DNA of 38,343 bases from Octopus bimaculoides (lineage: Eukaryota): assembly GCF_001194135.2 (NCBI RefSeq), contig NC_068987.1, positions 35,396,001 through 35,434,343 on the forward strand. Reading direction: 5' to 3'. The notes under the pieces are model-generated. The model had not been told where the DNA came from. It did no database searches and saw only the letters and a program-made list of their open reading frames with translations. Shown here piece by piece: positions 34,986-38,343 of this stretch (the first letter of the stretch is position 1; each line of letters opens with the position of its first letter). The position numbers were made by a program, and so were the translations under genes.

Positions 34986-37900
34986 TAGTTTTCCGTCGAT
35001 GCGACAAAGACCATTTAGTCATTGTGGGGTGGGGGTGGGCTTGTTTTGTGAGTCCGCAGATGGCTAATGAAGCCAATCTGCTCCCGAAAGAGTCTTTGAC
35101 AGTGTGATCAGGGAATGATAGCGCCTGCTACAGGGTTGTTAGCTCTGTTCTTTCTGGCTTGTCTGCGGTATTCTGCACCAGCGATCCTATTGGTCTCGCG
35201 TGTGTTGGCACCCTTGTGGACAGCTGATCGCCACCTTTCTCTGTCTAGAGCAGACTGCTCCCAAGTGTCATGGTCGATGTTGAAGGCTTTCAGTGAGGCT
35301 TTCAGAATGTCCTTAAAGCGCTTCTTCTGGCCGCCTTGTGAGCGTTTTCCCTTTTGCAGCTCGCCAAAGATCAATCTTTTTGGTAATCGATCGTCTGACA
35401 CATGAGCTACGTGCCCAGCCCAGCGAATCTGAGACTGCATCAAGAGGGTATGGATGCTGGGCAGGTTAGCACGTATTAGTACCTCGGTGTCCGGATCCTG
35501 TCCTGCCACTTTATGCCGAGAAGTTTTCTGAGGCGTATTGTATGAAAGTGGTTCAGCTTCCTGGCATAACGCTAGTAGACCGTCCAGGACTCGCAGCCAT
35601 TTAGCAGCGTTATGAGAACAACAGACCTGTATACCTTGATCTTTGCCGGCATTTGCCTTGCCGAGTCTGGCGTTGATTTCCTCATCGACGACAATATTTC
35701 TATAGAGTGTGCTACCAAGGTAGGTGAACCTGTCCACCGCGTTCAGTCGCTACCCATTGAAGGAGATGTCGGGCTCAACTTAGGGCTTGGTTGGAGCTGA
35801 CTAATTCATTACCTCAGTGTTTTTTTTTGTATTGATGGTAAGGCCAAAGTTCTTGCAGGCGCGAGAAAAAACAAGTCAACGTTGTGCTGCATGTTGGACT
35901 CAGTGGCAGTATTGAGAGAGCAGCCATCGGCGAACAGGAGGTCGTTGACGGTGTCTACTGAAACCTTGGTTTTCGCTTTGAGCCGTCCATGGTTGAAGAC
36001 TGAACCGTCGGACCGGTACTTGATTCCGATGCGTATGTCAGTGTCCCTGAAAGCATCTGTCAGCATAGCTGAGAACGTAAGGCTGAACGTAGTGGGAGCA
36101 AGGAATCCTTGTTTCACTCCGTTGTAGACAGGGAATGGATCAGAGGTCTCTCCGTTGTCCTGTACCATTGCCAACATGCCATTGTGTAGTCGTCTTACGA
36201 TGGTGATGCATTTTCTGAGGCATCCGTACTTCGCCAAGATTCTCCAGAGACCTTCTCTACTATCGGTATCAAAGGCCTTGGTCAGGTCGACGTAGGTGGA
36301 ATAGAGGTCGACGTTTCTCTCCTGACACTTCTCCTGCAGCTGTCTAGCAGCAAACACCATGTCGATAGTCCCACGCTCTCTCCGGAAACCACACTGGCTC
36401 TCAGGTAGGAGACCCTTATCTATGTGTGCAATGAGGTGGTTGTGCAAAACTCTAGCCAGGATCTTGCCTGTGATGGACAGCAGTGAAATTCCGCGATGAT
36501 TGTTCCAGACCCGGTGGTTTCCATTTCGCTTCTAGAGGTGGATGATGGAGGCGTCCTTGAAGTCTTGAGGCATTGTCTCGTGCACCCAGGTAAGCTGAAG
36601 CAGCTGGTGGATTCTCCTGGTCATGGCCATACCGCCTTCTTTGAACACTTCAGCTGATATGGAGTCAGGATCAGGTGCTTTGCTACTGGACAGTAGGCAG
36701 CATGCTTTCTGAATTTCCTCGCAAGTTGGTTCGACGTCCATTGACCCTTCAACGGGGACTTGAGGTAGTCTATCGATAGCTTCACCATTGACGGTGGAAG
36801 GACTATTCAGGACGCTGTTGAAATGTTCAGCCCATCTCTCTAATACATTTTCCTTGTCGGTGATCAGCGTTGCCCCGTCAGCACTGAGGAGGGGAGACAG
36901 TGTTCTTGCAGTAGTAGGGTTGTAAACCTTCTTCAAGCTGTCATAGAAATTCTTCATGTCATTTTTGTCTGCAAAGCCCTGGATCATGTCTGCTCTGCTG
37001 CAAAGTCAGAAATCCTGCATCTGGCGCAACTTCGTTTGGATTGTGCTCCGTAGAATCCGCAGTATCTCTTCCTTTGAAACTGACTTGGGGTCGGTGAGGT
37101 GAGCTTTGTAAACACGACGCTTTTCGTCTAATAGTTGCTTGATCTCCATGCAGTTCTCATCAAACCAGTCTTTGTAGATGGCCCAAGGCATTCCATGGCT
37201 GTGTGGTACAACGTCACCCGGAGTGCAGCCCAGGCATCCGCATTATCCTTACATTGTAGCGCAATGGGATCGAAGCGTTGCTCCAATGTAACGGTAAATA
37301 TCTGTCTGACGTTGCTATCCTTCAACTTGGCGATGTTCAAGCGTTTTGGTGCTTTCCCAATTTGTGGTCGTCTCTTGGGCTGAACTCTAAGTTTGAGTTT
37401 GGATACAAAAAGTCGGTGGTCTGTCCAGCACACATCGTCTTTGTAACTCGTACATCTTGCCTGTCCCTCTTCCTTATGATAACGTAGTCGATGTGGTACC
37501 AGTGCTTTGAGCGGGGATGCATCCATGACGTTCTGTTACTGGTGGGGAGATTAAAGATGGTGTTGGTGATCAGGAGTCCATGCTCTGCACAGATCTGGAG
37601 GAGTAGCAGACCTTTGCTGTTGCTGTTGCCAACTCCATGTTTCCCAATCACTCCTTCCCAGGAGACACTATCACGACCAGCTCTCGCATTGAAGTCACCT
37701 AGAACGATGAGTTTGTCTGCGCGGGGAGCCGCAGTGATGACAGAGCTCAAGTCTTCAAAGAAGTTGTTCTTGGTCTCATTTCGATTCGTCATGGTGGGGG
37801 CATAGGCGCTGACAATGGTGGTGTACTTCTGTCTGCAACAAAGGGGGAGTATCATTGTCATTAGGCGATCAGTCATACATTTTGGTGGACAAACCAACTT

Positions 37901-38343
37901 GCCAGCCAATGACGACTTAACTGCAAAGCCAACTCCAGCCTCTCTTCTCTCTTAGGGTACACATCCACTCCAAACGAAAGTGTATTCTGCACCTTTTTCT
38001 TGTAGTTCGCCTTCGCCCGGCAGCCTGGTTTCGCTGAGAGCAGCAATGTCAATTTTACATCTGGCGAGTTCATTTGTTTTGAGCGCTGTGCGTCTCTGGG
38101 GTCTCTCCAACACGTCTCTGTCAAGAAGCTTCCAAACGTTACAAACAGCGAGTATGAGTGATGTATTCTTCGTTTTTTTTTCTTGTGCTTTGTTTCCACC
38201 GCCGTTTGTAGGGTCCCCTCCAGTCGCGGTCAGCAGACGGATGCCCGAGATTCGCATCAACTGGCTTATAGCGGTGGAAGCCTGAACTACAACGGGCTTG
38301 TTTCACATAATGTTTCCAGTAACATTTGCTTTTGGGTACCCTT
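34986..38343 (-). mobile_element. RTE/BovB-clade LINE, near full length; its 5' end runs off the window
   Basis: A single EN-RT ORF remnant, a short 3' UTR with a GTCG-CAT-CGAC stem-loop, and then a (TATG)n/(TGGA)n tail at ~34907-34985. Confidence 0.95.
35015..38260 (-). pseudogene. RTE ORF (APE endonuclease + reverse transcriptase + C-terminal Zn finger), disrupted
   Basis: APE motifs DIAALSETR, SAYAPT, LGDFNAR, HIDYV and TDHRL. RT motifs QCGFR, VDLTKAFD, GVKQG, LLFADG (from YADD/FADD) and YLGS. The C-terminus reads IP*SHCQRLFREQIGFISHLRTH. It is split over about nine ORF-track entries. Confidence 0.93.

Noticed and set aside
35115-38285. Plus-strand ORFs over the RTE element
   Set aside because: They are Ser/Leu-rich antisense shadows of the minus-strand EN-RT frame.
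1-38343. CRISPR arrays, operons or prokaryotic defence systems
   Set aside because: No repeat-spacer array or gene-dense region; the sequence is eukaryotic repeat-rich DNA.

Overview
This is eukaryotic, AT-rich genomic DNA, dense in microsatellites, with 11 assembly gaps. The SINE and LINE families look like those I recall from octopus/cephalopod genomes; that assignment is an inference, not a database result. No intact, recognisable host gene is present. Most interpretable sequence is decayed transposons: three R4/Dong-clade LINE fragments, L1/Tx1-like pieces, a near full-length but broken RTE/BovB LINE (34986 to window end, minus strand), a Penelope-like RT remnant, a Helitron 3' part with its terminal hairpin, one Tc1 and two mariner derivatives, and about eight tRNA-derived SINE copies. 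The most interesting structures are: a degenerate minimal hammerhead-ribozyme fold inside a SINE; SINE-associated (TAA)n tracts that appear to act as landing pads for TAA-targeting R4/Dong elements; a ~390-bp fold-back palindrome; a mariner built from two inverted 5' ends; an interstitial (TTAGGG)n array with 20-bp periodicity; and a low-confidence, phase-compatible chain of small minus-strand exons. Most ORF-track entries are artefacts of gaps, microsatellites or antisense shadows. There is no CRISPR array and no rRNA gene.
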